Assembly: GCF_006345805.1 (NCBI RefSeq)
Contig: NC_042997.1
Span: forward strand, 160,580,001-160,644,000
Reading direction: 5' to 3'
DNA length: 64,000 bases
From: Octopus sinensis
Taxonomy: Eukaryota
Below are positions 38,852-52,794 of this stretch, in pieces; position 1 is the first letter of the stretch; every line of letters starts with the position of its first letter. A program made the position numbers and the translations under genes. Below the pieces are notes generated by a model, which worked only from the letters and a program-made list of their open reading frames with translations, made no database searches and was not told the DNA's origin.

Positions 38852-40055
38852 TATATCAAACTAAAGTTATAGAACAAACAAATGCAAGGTCATCCAATAA
38901 CATTTCATAACTCGAACATTTAATCATAGAATATACATTTAGACATCACGGAAGATGGAATATAATTCATCTGTACAAGCATATAAGAAAGTGCGAGAAA
39001 AATGTTTGAATATATGTGAATACAGTTCATCACGGTTAAAAGTTAATACTTTAGCGATTAAGAAAAATATATTTAAAAAAAAAACCCATTCAACACCTAG
39101 AAGGTAAAATGTAAAAATATAGTATAAAGTAATATATAATATATAGGTATATAAAAATATATAAAAATATATAAATATAGGAAGCAAATAAAAATATATA
39201 ATATATAATGCAAAATAAAATAAAGGTTCATCGTTTAGAAAATCTTATAAAATTACTTATCGAATAAGAGAGGCCTTATAGTTAAAAAAGAGGAAACCAT
39301 ATTTACTAAATTCCCTATGGCTATTTCAGGGGTATATTATTGTGTTTAAAGCACTAGGGTGCATCACGCTAATAACTCCTTCGTCAGGGGAAAAAATAGA
39401 GATACAGACATCATCGCGTAGCAGGCTTAACATAATATTGTGTGTTTTCTTATTGAAGCAGTCATGCTCAGACGAGCCCAGAAGAAAGAATTAAAGCAGT
39501 AAAAAAATTTATTTTATATAAAGCTGTAGAAAAGTAAAGCAGTAAAAAAAAATGGGTGTACTAAATTATATTAAATTAAATTAAATTGAACCTCCGTGGT
39601 GTCAAACCCTATAAGTTCTAAACTATTTACTTTCTACGACTTATTTTATTTCTATACACTTTTAAAGCCCAGAAGAAAGAATTAAAGCAGTAAAAAAATT
39701 TATTTTATATAAAGCAGTAGAAAAGTAAAGCAGTAAAAATAAACGGGTGTATTAAATTAAATTAAATTAAATTGAACCTTATTTTACATTATATATTATA
39801 TATTTTTATTTGCTTACTATATTTTTTTTTTAAATATATTTTTCTTAATCGCTAAAGTATTAACTTTTAACCGTGATGAACTGTATTCACGTATATTCAA
39901 ACATTCTTTCTCGCACTTTCCTATATGCTTGTACAGATGAATTATATTCCATCTTCCGTGATGTCTAAATGTATATTCTATGATTAAATGTTCGAGTTAT
40001 GAAATGTTATTGGATGACCTTGCATTTGTTTATTCTATAACTTTAGTTTGATATA
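38852..40055. mobile_element. Foldback/MITE, ~1.2 kb with ~230-bp TIRs and an internal ~190-bp direct repeat
   Basis: 38852-39080 reverse-complements 39830-40055. AGCCCAGAAGAAAGAATTAAAGCAG...TTGAACCT occurs at ~39475 and ~39666. Confidence 0.9.
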
Positions 40056-40076
40056 TATATATATAATATATATATA

Positions 40077-40127
<51 letters not shown>

Positions 40128-40419
40128 ATATATATAATTCAAACATAAAAGAGATATCCTATTCATCATGTATCTCTTTTAGGTTTGAATGTACACTGTA
40201 TTATTCTCTGAATAATATATAGTCTATTGACTAATTTTTTCTTGCTAGACCACTGGTAGCTAAGAATTTTTCGATAAATATTCTTGTTACACTAAGTTTT
40301 TAATTAATGATATATATACATACATAAATACATACATACATAAATATGTACATCAGTGTTCATTGAGGAGGTGGAGAGAGAGAGAGAGTTTGAGTGTGAT
40401 GAGAGAGGGTTTTCTTGCA

Positions 40420-40588
40420 ATTTGAAGGAATTCTGAAAAGTTTCTGGCTTTAAGGGTTTCGAGTAAGGCCTAGTTGGAGGACCAAGCTTCCGAGTTCTTT
40501 TACCGGTGTTACAATAACCGAAGAACCACTGCAATCCTCCTGTATTTTCTGTTACTCAAATCCACAAACTTTTCAACATCCCCTCGTA
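40420..40588. mobile_element. Mariner-derived MITE
   Basis: CTGAAAAGTTTCTGG left end and AACTTTTCAACATCCCCTCGTA right end (mariner TACGAGGG-type TIR). Confidence 0.7.
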
Positions 40589-40737
40589 AATTGTCAAACG
40601 CATCAGCGAATAAAATTATGGAAGTGTGTTGGTGAGAAACGAAAAAAGTTCAAAATTTGGATGAGCGTCAGATAAACAGAATCTTCTGATCCCATTTCAT
40701 TAAAGTAGTCTTAGGAGTTAAGACCGTTGGAAAAATA

Positions 40738-40781
<44 letters not shown>

Positions 40782-41092
40782 CGGGAAGCTTTATGAAAAT
40801 AGACAAAAGACGAAGGCAGGTGGAAAACAAACAAACAATTGTATTAGTATGGCGCTCAGGAAATATAAATAAAACAAGTCTTTAACGTTTCGAGCAAGTT
40901 CAAGGTTGAAAGTTCAAGGTGAGAAATGTGTAGACGTCGTGGTATTTTTTAAGGATTTCACATCAATGCAAAGTCACTTTGATATATATATATGCACACA
41001 CAGACATATACATACCAGTGGTCATAGAGGAAGTGAAAGAAAGCAAGAAAGAGAGGTGGAGAGAGATTATTTTAAGCTGAGAGTTTTCATCA

Positions 41093-41137
<45 letters not shown>

Positions 41138-41174
41138 GTAGAATATAATAGTACCGTGGAACCATTGTTAAAAT

Positions 41175-41670
41175 ATACAAAGAAGGTCGGCGTCATCAAA
41201 TCTGAAAATTGTGTAATAAAAGAAAAATTTAAACAAGAAATCAACAGAAAAAAGAAAATTTATAGAAGAAAAAATGTACGGTCACTTTGCAAGAGATGTG
41301 ATCGCGAAGACAGATATAGAGGACCGGTGGCTATGGATGAGCTGGTGTGACCTTATGACAGAGACATAGGCACTCATGTGTGCAATTCAAGAGCAAGCGT
41401 TAAGGACCAACTATGTAAAGTGCAGAATAGACAACACTACCGACCGCGACAAATGTAGACTTTGTAGTGAATGGGTGAAACGGTATGGCACATCAATAGT
41501 GAGTGCTCAAATTTGACACAACGCGAATACAAAAGACGCCATGACAATGTGGCCAGAATGATCCATTGGGAGCTTTGTGGAAATCACAGCCTACGAAGAG
41601 CAGAGACTTGTTGTGAGAAAACCACAAGAGTCAACGAGAAAGAAAATTGTAAATCCTGTGGGATGCAGTG
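41175..41670 (+). mobile_element. Dong/R4-like LINE fragment (CCHC/RLE region)
   Basis: GETVWHINSECSNLTQREYKRRHDNVARMIHWELCG, downstream of (AAT)n. Confidence 0.8.
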
Positions 41671-41689
41671 ATCCAGTGCAGTCTCCTGA

Positions 41690-42620
41690 CCAAATATCGG
41701 AAATCGGACATTTCCCCCATGGATCTTTTCTTTGTCACTCCCATTACATTTCCTTTTCTTGACAATCAACACCACGTTTTCTGCTACAACAATACTTGCT
41801 GCCTTAATCAAATTATTTGTTTCTGTGATGTTTTGTTATGATGGATTTCAGAATTTCATTGACATTTATCGTTTCTTGGTTCAATTTCCACCGATCAACC
41901 TGTTTAAGGTTGCAAATAATGACGCAGTCGTTTTCCTGTAGTCTTGACTTTATTCTTTCGTAGATTGCGTTTTGTTCATCTGTCATGTCAACATTAGTTT
42001 TATTGTCTTCTTTCAGATAATTATATGTCTCTCATCAAGTAAGCTACCACTGCTCCTTTCCTGTGCTGTGAGATTACTTTTATTAGTAAGAACTGTATTT
42101 TCATCATTATCTCTGCTGCTATATTCCAATACACGTCTTTTGATAGCTTCGAGCTCTACTTTTGTGAACCAACGATTTTTCTTATTGCTCTAGCTTGATC
42201 ACATAATCTCTGTTCCGTAAGTTGAAATAATCCCTTTTCTCTCCAATGATCGTACATACGTTGTCGGTAACCCCTAATTTGTGCACCATTTTCATCTAAC
42301 GGGTTGCTTAGGTAGTAACACTCCATGACAACAGCATAATTTGTTTGCTCCATCTACGCCGTGTGTGGTGATCTCTTTCTGGATACCAACAGGCTGGAGC
42401 CGGACAAGAATCTCTGATCTTGCCGGGTGCAACACTGTCACCAACAATGGCTTCAGTTTCATTGCCACCGTTATTCAAAATATTTTGTTTTTTCATTGTC
42501 ACTCATATAGGTAGCGATTATTAGGTTGCGCCATTACCAGTGTTTTTATTGTGATACTAATAATAGAGGTATCATAAATCAGGACATGGGGAGATTCCAC
42601 TCGCTTCCTTTCATTATTAT
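41690..42620 (-). mobile_element. Dong/R4-like LINE 5' fragment
   Basis: RRRWSKQ and VMECYYLSNP..GYRQRMYDHWREKGLFQLTEQRLCDQARAIRK, the N-terminal motif of this group. Confidence 0.8.
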
Positions 42621-42691
42621 CATGTCATAATCACTGATATCACTGATAGTTTTGATCTTACTTTTTTACTATTTGTAAAATAGTAAAAATA

Positions 42692-42769
<78 letters not shown>

Positions 42770-42775
42770 TACTAC

Positions 42776-42829
<54 letters not shown>

Positions 42830-42850
42830 CATTATTATTATTATTATTAT

Positions 42851-43541
42851 CTTTTTTCTTTCCTTCTTCAAATTTTCTTCCGTTTCTTGCCGAGTGTTTT
42901 CCATACACCTAGGGCAGAAGGGCATTGTATGCATTCCCAGATAAATTCACAGATAAAATATATATCGAAAAATTAATAAATAAATAAATTCATGCATGGA
43001 TGTTATTCTCACAGCGATAGTGCTCTTCTCAATACATTGCCGTTCCAGTTAATACGATTTTTTGCACTTCCTGTAGGGATGGTATTCCTGAAAACATTTT
43101 CAAATAGGTTTCAGTACCTTTTTTTATCATTCCTAGAGATCCTACAATCACTGGTACTGTAGTCACCTTGAGATGCCACATTTTTTCAGTTTCTGTTTGC
43201 AGGTCTTTATATTTACTAATCTTGTCAAATTCTTTCGCCGCTATATTGTGATCACAGGGAATACTCATGTCAATTAATAAACACATCCTTTTTGTCTGAT
43301 CTTTTATAATGATATCCGGTTTATTAGCTTTTATAGTCCTGTAGGTCTGCACGGGGAAGTCCCATAGAATCGACAAATTTTCTCCCTCAGTCACAGCTTC
43401 AGGATGATGTTTATACCATTTATCAGCGGTTTTGATCTTATAATGCCGACATATTGTCCAAAGTAAATACTGGCCGACTCTGTCATGTCTTGCTTTATAT
43501 TCTGCTGGTGCTAAGACTCTACACCCTGAGATTAGGTGGTC

Positions 43542-43543
<2 letters not shown>
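42851..43543 (-). mobile_element. Dong/R4-like LINE 3' part (RLE domain and 3' UTR)
   Basis: HLISGCRVLAPAEYKARHDRVG, ANKPDIII, LIDMSIP, KISKYKDL, VIVGSLG; bounded by (ATT)n. Confidence 0.9.
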
Positions 43544-43616
<73 letters not shown>

Positions 43617-44152
43617 GAGTGAGAGAGCAGTGCATGCCATCAAAGTGACACTGGGGTAAAATATACGAAGCCCAGCATACCCATCATGACTACCCGTCTG
43701 ATAAGGGTACACCAGGCACATGCATCACAACCATATGTGCGCGACATAAACAGCACATGACCTTGTAGGTGGGGCCCAGTTAGAATTTTCTTCAGGTCGA
43801 GTAGCCCATCCTGCTCAAAAGGTCCCTGAATAAGGGCTGCATTAGATGTTGAACGAAAACACCTATGTTTCCAGAGGTGAATTATTCAAACTCAAAAGAA
43901 TCCTCTCAACACATGGTTATGATGCTCCCCCACTACTTCTGCTCGTGATCAGAGATGCACGTATTGTCAGCCACTAAGGGACATGCTCAACTGGTTAAGG
44001 TCAAACAACCGACAAGCAAATCTGTGGTATTGAGCAGAATATTTGCTGTAGCCCATCTTTTATACCAAGACAAAACAATGTACATGATGACACTTCCAAT
44101 CAGTTAAGATCAGAAGCCATGAGAGCCACTGCCTGGTACTGCATCAGGGCAT
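43617..44152 (-). mobile_element. 556-bp element, full copy with a small internal deletion
   Basis: Reverse complement of 34521-35076 with the same ends. Confidence 0.88.
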
Positions 44153-44167
44153 CTTATTATTATTATT

Positions 44168-44408
44168 GAGTGAGAGAGCAGTTCATGCCATCAAAGTGAC
44201 ACTGGGGTAAAATATACGAAGCCCAATATACCCATCATGACTACCCGTCTGATAAAGGTACACCAGGCACATGCTTCACAACCATATGTGCGCAACATGG
44301 TGATCTCATATCAAGATAAACAGCACATGACCTTGCAGGTGGGGCCCAGTTAGAATTTTCTTCAGATTGAGTAGCCCATCCCGCTCAAACGGTCCCTGAA
44401 TAAGGTTG
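44168..44408 (-). mobile_element. 556-bp element, 5'-truncated copy
   Basis: 3' ~240 bp only. Confidence 0.85.
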
Positions 44409-44462
44409 TATTATTATTATTATTATTATGTTATTATTATTATATTATTATTATTAATTTTA

Positions 44463-44500
<38 letters not shown>

Positions 44501-44568
44501 TATCATTATATTATTATTATTATTATCATTATTATTATTATTATTATTATTATTAATAAATTATTATT

Positions 44569-44881
44569 CAGTAGTTTTATTTTTATAGCGTGCTTTCACT
44601 TCACTACCGAGCGCAGCTCTGTGTGCTTGGGTATGTTGCTGATTTGTTATGATGCTCTGATGGTTATTGTTTGGAAGTGTTCTGCGTAGGATGTGTGCAG
44701 TGCCTAGTAGTGCAATTTTTGTATGATATGTGTTTGTAAGTCCTGGTGTTTTTGTTATGTATTTGTCTGAATATTTTTTTATCATGCCTAATGCACCTAC
44801 TATGATAGGAATTGTTTCTGTTTTCAGATTCCACATTCTAGTTACCTCTATTTCCAGGTCTTTGTATTTTGAGAGTTTCTC

Positions 44882-44883
<2 letters not shown>
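44569..44883 (-). mobile_element. Dong family A, 3'-terminal ~315 bp
   Basis: MEKLSKYKDLEIEVTRMW.. to the AAAACTACTG end, between (ATT)n tracts. Confidence 0.9.
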
Positions 44884-44950
<67 letters not shown>

Positions 44951-44976
44951 TTATTATTATTATATTTTTTATTATA

Positions 44977-45028
<52 letters not shown>

Positions 45029-45084
45029 GTTATTATTATTATTATTATTATCATTATTATTATTTTATTATTATTATTATCATT

Positions 45085-47026
45085 CAGTAGTTTTATTTTT
45101 ATAGCGTGCTTTCACTTCACTACCGAGCGCAGCTCGTGTGCCTTAGGTATGTGCTGTGATTGTTGTGATGCTCTGATGGATATTGTATGGAAAGTGTTCT
45201 GCGTAGGATGTGTGCTGTGCCTAGTAGTGCAATTTTCTGTATGTTATATGTGTTTGTAAGTCCTGGTGTTTTTGTTATGTATTTGTCTGAATATTTTTTT
45301 ATCATGCCTAATGCACCTACTATGATAGGAATTGTTTCTGTTTTCAGATTCCACATTCTAGTTACCTCTATTTCCAGGTCTTTGTATTTTGAAGTTTCTC
45401 CATTTCTTTTAGAGACACGTTGTCATCTGCCGGTATTGATACATCAATTAGGAAGCATCTTTTTTCTTCATGATCTCTGACAACTATATCTGGTGTGTTG
45501 GACTTAATTTCTCTATCTGTGTGTATCGGCATATCCCAGAGTATGGTTGCTTTCTCGTTTTCTGTAACCTTTTCTGGTGTGTGCCTATACTATCTTTTTT
45601 CTGTTGTTATTCCATAATGTTGGCATAGCTTCCAGTGTATGAAGGTTCCAACTCTGTCATGTCTGTGATATATTCCTTCTTAGCCAGGACTGGGCAGCCA
45701 GAGATAATATGATTTATTGTTTCTTGTCCATCTCCACATATTCTGCAGTTACTTGTTATATTTCTTTTCATTACATGGTTTTTGGTAATTCTGGTGAGGA
45801 GGCTTTGGTCTTGTGCTGCAATTAAAAATCCTCTGTCTCTGCTTTGAGTCCTGAGCTTCTCAACCATTGCTGGGATTTTTCTTTGTCTATTTCTTTGCGT
45901 TAAGTTTAGTCCAGTATTTCCATGAAAGGGCTTTTCTTGCCATCGTTTTATCATGGTTCGTTGCTTTCTGTTTTTAGTTTGGATTTCATTTGTTTTATAG
46001 CTTTGTTGTTTCTTCATCTTCTTCTCTTCTTCATGTTTATTAGGTGGTATGATTTCTTGTTTGTATTTGTCAGCTTCCTTAAATACTGAGAACAGTTTTT
46101 TGTTTTGCTCGTGTTTTGCCGCTATTTGTATCAGTTTTCCTTCCTTCTGAAGTAGATATTTTTGCAGTCCTATGATGTTATTTTTTAGTAGTCTTTCCAG
46201 CTCAATAAGGCCTCTACCACCCTCTATACGTTGTATATATAGCCTTTCTATGTCAGATTTTGGGTGATGCATCCTAGATCCTGTCATTATTTTTCTTGTT
46301 TTCCTATCTATTTTGGTTAGTTCATTTAGTGTCCAGTTATGGATATTGTAGCTGTAACTTATAACTGGGACGGCTAAAGTGTTGATACCTATTATCTTGT
46401 TTTTAGCATTGAGCTCTGTTTTCAGTATTGATCTAACTCGTCTATAATATTCTTTTTTTAATTTTCTCTTTCATTGTGTGTGTTGTGTCTTATCTAATTC
46501 ATGGATTCCTAAGTATTTGTAAGTTTGGCTTTGGTCTAATTCTTTTATTTCATTGGTTTTATCTAGTGTGATGTTGCTACTCTTAATTAGTTTTCCTCTT
46601 TTCAGGGTTACTTTGGCGCATTTCTATAATCCAAATTTCATATCTATTTCTTTGGTAAATCCATGAACTGTCTTTAGTAGTGTTTCCAGCTGTTTGTCAT
46701 TTGTAGCGTATAGTTTTAGGTCATCCATATATAAAGGTGGCTGATCGCTTTGCCGTAACATTTATATCCGCATCCAGTTCTGTTTAGCATATCCGATAGA
46801 GGTGACAGTGCCAAGCAGAAAAGTTGTGGAGAGAGCGTATCTCCATGGAATATTCCTCTTCTAATGGGGATGGGTTTGGTTTTCACAAGTCCCTCTTTTG
46901 TTTGGAGGTGTAGCACTGTTTGCCATTTATTCATAGAGTGTCCTATGTACTTTATAATTGTTGGTGCAACTTTTTTCATGGCTAGTGTTTCGAGAATCCA
47001 TGTGTGGGGGATGCTATCAAACGCCC
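45085..47026 (-). mobile_element. Dong family A, 5'-truncated third copy
   Basis: Runs from GCGTTTGATAGCATCCCC through RT and RLE to the AAAACTACTG end; many small indels. Confidence 0.92.
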
Positions 47027-47078
<52 letters not shown>

Positions 47079-47103
47079 GATTATTATTATTATTATATTA
47101 TTA

Positions 47104-47138
<35 letters not shown>

Positions 47139-47140
47139 TT

Positions 47141-47678
47141 GAGTGAGAGAGCAGTGCATGCCATCAAAGTGACACTGGGGTAAAATATACGAAGCCCAAT
47201 ATACCCATCATGACTACCCAGGCACATGCATCAAAACCATATGTGCGCGACATGGTGATCTCATATCAAGATAAACAGCACATGACCTTGCAGGTGGGGC
47301 CCAGTTAGAATTTTATTCTGGTTGAGTAGCCCATCCCGCTCAAACGGTCCCTGAATAAGGGTTGTTTAAGGATGTTGAAAGAACCACCCATGTTTCCAGA
47401 GGTGAACTATTCAAACCCCAAAGAATCCCTCTCAACACATGGTTATGATGCTCCCCCGCTACTTCTGCTCGTGATCAGAGATGCACATATCGCCAGTCAC
47501 TAAGGGACATGCTCAACTGGTTAAGGTCAAACAACTGACAAGCAAATTTGTGGTATTGAGCAGAATATTTGCTGTAGCCCATCTTTTATACCAAGACAAA
47601 ACAATGTACATGATAACACTTCCAATCAGTTAAGATCAGAAGCCATGAGAGCCACTGCCTGGTACTGCATCAGGGCAT
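47141..47678 (-). mobile_element. 556-bp element, full copy
   Basis: Same termini as 34521-35076, flanked by (ATT)n. Confidence 0.88.
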
Positions 47679-47743
<65 letters not shown>

Positions 47744-47888
47744 ATTATTTCTTTTTATCACAGGTTTTGTTGGAACTCCTGGAGTCTTGCATGCATTGCG
47801 GGCTTGCTAACTGAACCCTATGTTACCATACTACCCGTTTTTTCAGCTATCTAATACTTTACTGATTTATTATCATGATTATTATTAT

Positions 47889-48030
47889 CGAGAGAGGGAA
47901 CATTGCATGCTGTCCAAGTGACACTGGGGTACAAGTATACGAAGCCCAATATGCCCATCATGTTTACCCGGCTGGTAAGGATACACCAGGCACATACATC
48001 ACAACCACATATGTGCGACATGGTGACTTC
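47889..48030 (-). mobile_element. 556-bp element, old diverged 3' fragment
   Basis: GTGACACTGGGGTA...ATACGAAGCCCAATATGCCCATCATG...ACACCAGGCACAT. Confidence 0.7.
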
Positions 48031-48198
48031 TTTGGCACATGTTGTGGGCTTTGTTCAGTTGCATTGCAAGGTTTTCCTTCCATCGCACCGATTAATTTGG
48101 TTTGTGGGGAGATCTTCTTAGTGTACTTCCATGTTATTATTTAGCCCGGAGCATATTCTCCGGGAACTTAGCCCAGGACTTATTATTATTATTGTTGC

Positions 48199-48262
<64 letters not shown>

Positions 48263-48281
48263 ATTATTATTATTATTATTA

Positions 48282-48326
<45 letters not shown>

Positions 48327-49644
48327 TATTATTATTATTATTATTATATTATCACCAATAATGACAGGAATTTCTTTCATATACAATCTATTATCAATAA
48401 ACTGTGTAGCGAGTAGAGAGAACTTGGGAGGGATTCGAACTCAGTAATTTAAAGCATTAAAAAATTACCACGAAGTAATTTGTCTGATGATTTACTGATT
48501 CTTCCTCCCATACTCACCAGGTCACAGATATTAGCAGTTTTTTAATGCTCACTTCATGTGGAACTAACCTCTGATCAAAATAGTTCCCAGTGTAATCATT
48601 CCATTATTATTTAAAAAAGAAATCGTGTAATTTGTGTGTGGCTATACCGAACAGATGCAACGCTTGCTTAGAGTCGTTGGTTCAAAACTTACTGAGTTAT
48701 ACTGCGTGGCACAAAGAGTTTTGCTCGCGTATTTAAAAGAAGGGTGAAATGTTAAATAGTTTTATCTGGATAGTAGTTGGTACAAAGTGAATTGTTATTA
48801 GAGGTAGAAGAGCTTAGAAGGGATTAATTAAAACGTGTAAAACACTTCAGTCGATAGTTCAAGGTCCATTAAAGAACCATTTGGCTCATATGCAGCGACA
48901 AACGTCTTGTTAATAATCTTCCTATCAAATGAGCAATACTTTACTGGAAGTTTATCAATCAGCTGTAGTTCGAAATCAAATAAAAATACATCAAAGCCAC
49001 AGTGTCTTATACCGAAGTTGTCAAGACATGTAATCGTAAATGTATCATGTAAGAAATAAGGTTTCTGATAAATGTTACAATTATTAGAAATCGCAGAGTA
49101 AAAGAAAACGATACAGAAGGGAATCTTTTATAGTAAATTAGAGATGCTTGAGGTAAGAGCAATAGTCAGGATATTCGTAAGGTAGAAAGGTTGTACGATT
49201 ACGCTTTAATGATGCAGTAACCTGTCTCTATACACGTTGATTGAGAGGTGAAATGTATTATCATTAATGAGTCCAACACCAGCTCAGGAGTATTCATTTC
49301 TAACTTTGGTGCATGTACTATCGACTCGTCACAATGTTTGAATTTTGATGAATGAGAGATTGTAAAATCCTAATAACTCTACGCATAGGAGATTTAGAGA
49401 GTGCACTCGACAAGAAAATGCTAGAAATAGTTATCATGCATCTAAAAACAAAACTAGAGGTGAAGTGTATATTGATCCTACTTGCAAGTGTACAGTTATA
49501 AATTAGTCTCAATTGAGGTGTACTGGGTAAGAGGATATATTTCTCAATTAATTAATAGTTTAATTAAAATTACCATAAAATTACCATAGTTATCTTTTCC
49601 AAATGAACTAATACATGAAACATATTTTACTTGTCTTCCTAAAG

Positions 49645-49818
49645 CTGAATGTCCAACGTCAGCCGGCTACACTTACCAACCAGAACTGAAATTATGCTTT
49701 CGAATAGGTGAGAAAAAAATTACATGGAATAAAGCTGCAGCCGTTTGTAACAAAGATCGAGGACAACTTATCCACATAAAAAATCTACAAATAATGGAGT
49801 ACCTACTAAACGAATTCA
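49645..49818 (+). CDS. C-type lectin gene copy 2, N-terminal CTLD exon
   Basis: Same sequence and splice sites as 826-999 at offset 48819. Confidence 0.85.
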
Positions 49819-49894
49819 GTGCGTAACAACTTAATACCTTATTCAAACCACAAACATAACACGCTCTCTCTTTCTTTGTCTCTCTGTGTTTGTT

Positions 49895-49964
<70 letters not shown>

Positions 49965-51320
49965 ACTCAAACACGCACACGCATACTCACGCATACACGA
50001 AATATATCTAATATTATAAATTATAACTGCTTAATAACATTTTGAATTTAAATTTTTTACCAGTTTGCAAATTACTTTCCGTTTTTCTTCTAATTTTTCT
50101 TTTTGTACTTTCTATTCTGATTATTTCTCTTGCGATGAGAAAATACAGAAGTTTTAGAAAGATATCGGATGCAATCATTTAATTTCATACACGTATATGT
50201 AAAGAATTACACTTTATTGTTATTTATTGTAAATTAGCTACAAAAGAAAATGGCTTTGCCTATAAAAAAATTACTTCAGTAAAGATTTATTTTAGACTAG
50301 CAGAGATACACGGCGTTGCTCGTGATTAAAATGACATAGTATTTTATTGTTTTACTTGTTTCGGTCATGTGACTGCGGTCATGCTGGTGAACCGCCTTTA
50401 GTAGAAGAATCAAACCCAGAATTTATTCTTTGTAAGCCTAGTCGTTATTCTATCGGATTATTTTGCCAAAAGGCTAAGTAAACAAAAGGTAAACACAGCA
50501 ACATCGGTTATCAAGCGATGGCGGGTGTCCAAACACAGACTCAGACACATATAAATACACACACAAATACATGAATATACATTTATATATTTCATTTTTA
50601 GATTTGGTATATATATATATATATATTTATATTATATATATATACATGTATATAATATATACGCATGTATATATAAATATATAAATGCATATAAATATAT
50701 ATGTATATATATACATATATATATACATATTTGAATAAAATCTGTTGGGTAGTTCTCGAATGTTAGTGATGTGCTCGCGCACACACATATATACGCACAC
50801 ACACACACACACACACACGTTCTCAGTTTTATATATGTAGATGTTCTGTTAGCTATACATACAAATTTGAAAAGGAAGTTGAAACGAAGACAATATTTTG
50901 TTATAAATCGTATTGTTATTAGCTCTTGAACGTAATTTCTTTTGAATCAATGTTTTAGTAGTATGGATTACCTTTTGAACTTCCCCCTCTTCACTATTGA
51001 CAACGAGAGCTGGAGCATGTCGAGTTAGATCACTGAGTTACCTTATTACAGACACGTTACTGACAATATTGATTGATATTCACAACGAAATAAATCCATT
51101 ATGAACATTGATTTTGGTCTTAATCAACGCCTATGCTTATAGTGGAGCGCTAGAGTCGATTGAATTGATCAACGAATTCGTTTGAGTCATCCTATCAAAC
51201 TCCAATGACATGAAAGCTTAAGTACGCTTACTTTTGAATTTATATGCAGACGAAATAAATGATTTAACTGCTACATTGTCAGTTCAATAACCTTCAATAG
51301 AAAATAATTTGCTCTTTTTG

Positions 51321-51357
<37 letters not shown>

Positions 51358-51708
51358 CAGAGATACCCAGCGTTGCTCGGGATTAAAGTGGCATAGTTTT
51401 TTTATTATTTTAATTGTTTCGGTCATGTAAATGCGGCCATTCTGGTGCGCACCGCCTTTAGTCGAAGAAATCAACCCCAGGATTTATTCTTTGTAAGCCC
51501 ATTACTTATTCTATCGGTTTGTTTTGCCAAACGTCTAAGTTACGGGGCCATAAATACAATAACATCGGTTGTCAAGCGATGCAGGGGTACAAACACATAC
51601 ACACACACACACATATATATATAATATATATAATATATATACATATATAAATATATACATACATATATATAAATGTATATATACATATATATACATGTAT
51701 ATACATAC

Positions 51709-51761
<53 letters not shown>

Positions 51762-51765
51762 TGTA

Positions 51766-51839
<74 letters not shown>

Positions 51840-51883
51840 ATATATATATATATATATTATATATATATATATATATATAAACG

Positions 51884-52013
51884 GTACCAGGTTGACCAAC
51901 ATTTACTTGTTCTGACCATGTAGACGTAAGGTATTATTATTGTTAACTGATATTTTTTCCTATCATGTCTGTAATAGATTTGTGACTATTCAGTGGTACG
52001 GAAGTATTTTTCG

Positions 52014-52054
<41 letters not shown>

Positions 52055-52572
52055 TATAATATATATATATATATACAATATTAGATATGTACATATATAT
52101 ACAAGGGTACTACATGAGTACCTATATCGCTAAAAAATAGAAGTCAAAAAATACTTTTGTATCACTGAATAGTCACAAATCTATTACAGATATGATAGGA
52201 AAAAATATCAGTGTACAATAATGTCTTATCTGTACAGGAGCTGAACAAACATATGCTGGTCAACCTGGTACAGGTTTCGAAATTTAGCGCCACATAGGAG
52301 CGCGATTTCTTACCAGTAATTTAGCTGGCAGACTTGGCTGATGAGAAATCGGGCAGCTATTTGGCGCTAAATTTCTAAACCAGTACCAGGTTGACCAGCA
52401 TTTACTTGTTCTGACCATGTAGACGTAAGGTATTATTATTGTTAACTGATATTTTTTCCTATCATGTCTGTAATAGATTTGTGACTATTCAGTGGTACGA
52501 AAGTATTTTTCGACATCGATTTTTAGTGATATAGTTATACTTGTGTATATATGTACATATCTAATATTGTAT
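51884..52572. repeat. Same palindromic MITE-like array, one unit shorter
   Basis: Arm present only at 51884 and 52383. Confidence 0.9.
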
Positions 52573-52671
52573 GTATATATCTTATTAATTTGACTGTACG
52601 GCTGATAATTCGCTTACCACTCGTGGTGGTATTTTAATAATATCATCCTATATAATTATGTATATATATGT

Positions 52672-52760
<89 letters not shown>

Positions 52761-52794
52761 TAGCATTCATAGAAATAGAATCCCTAGAAACAGG

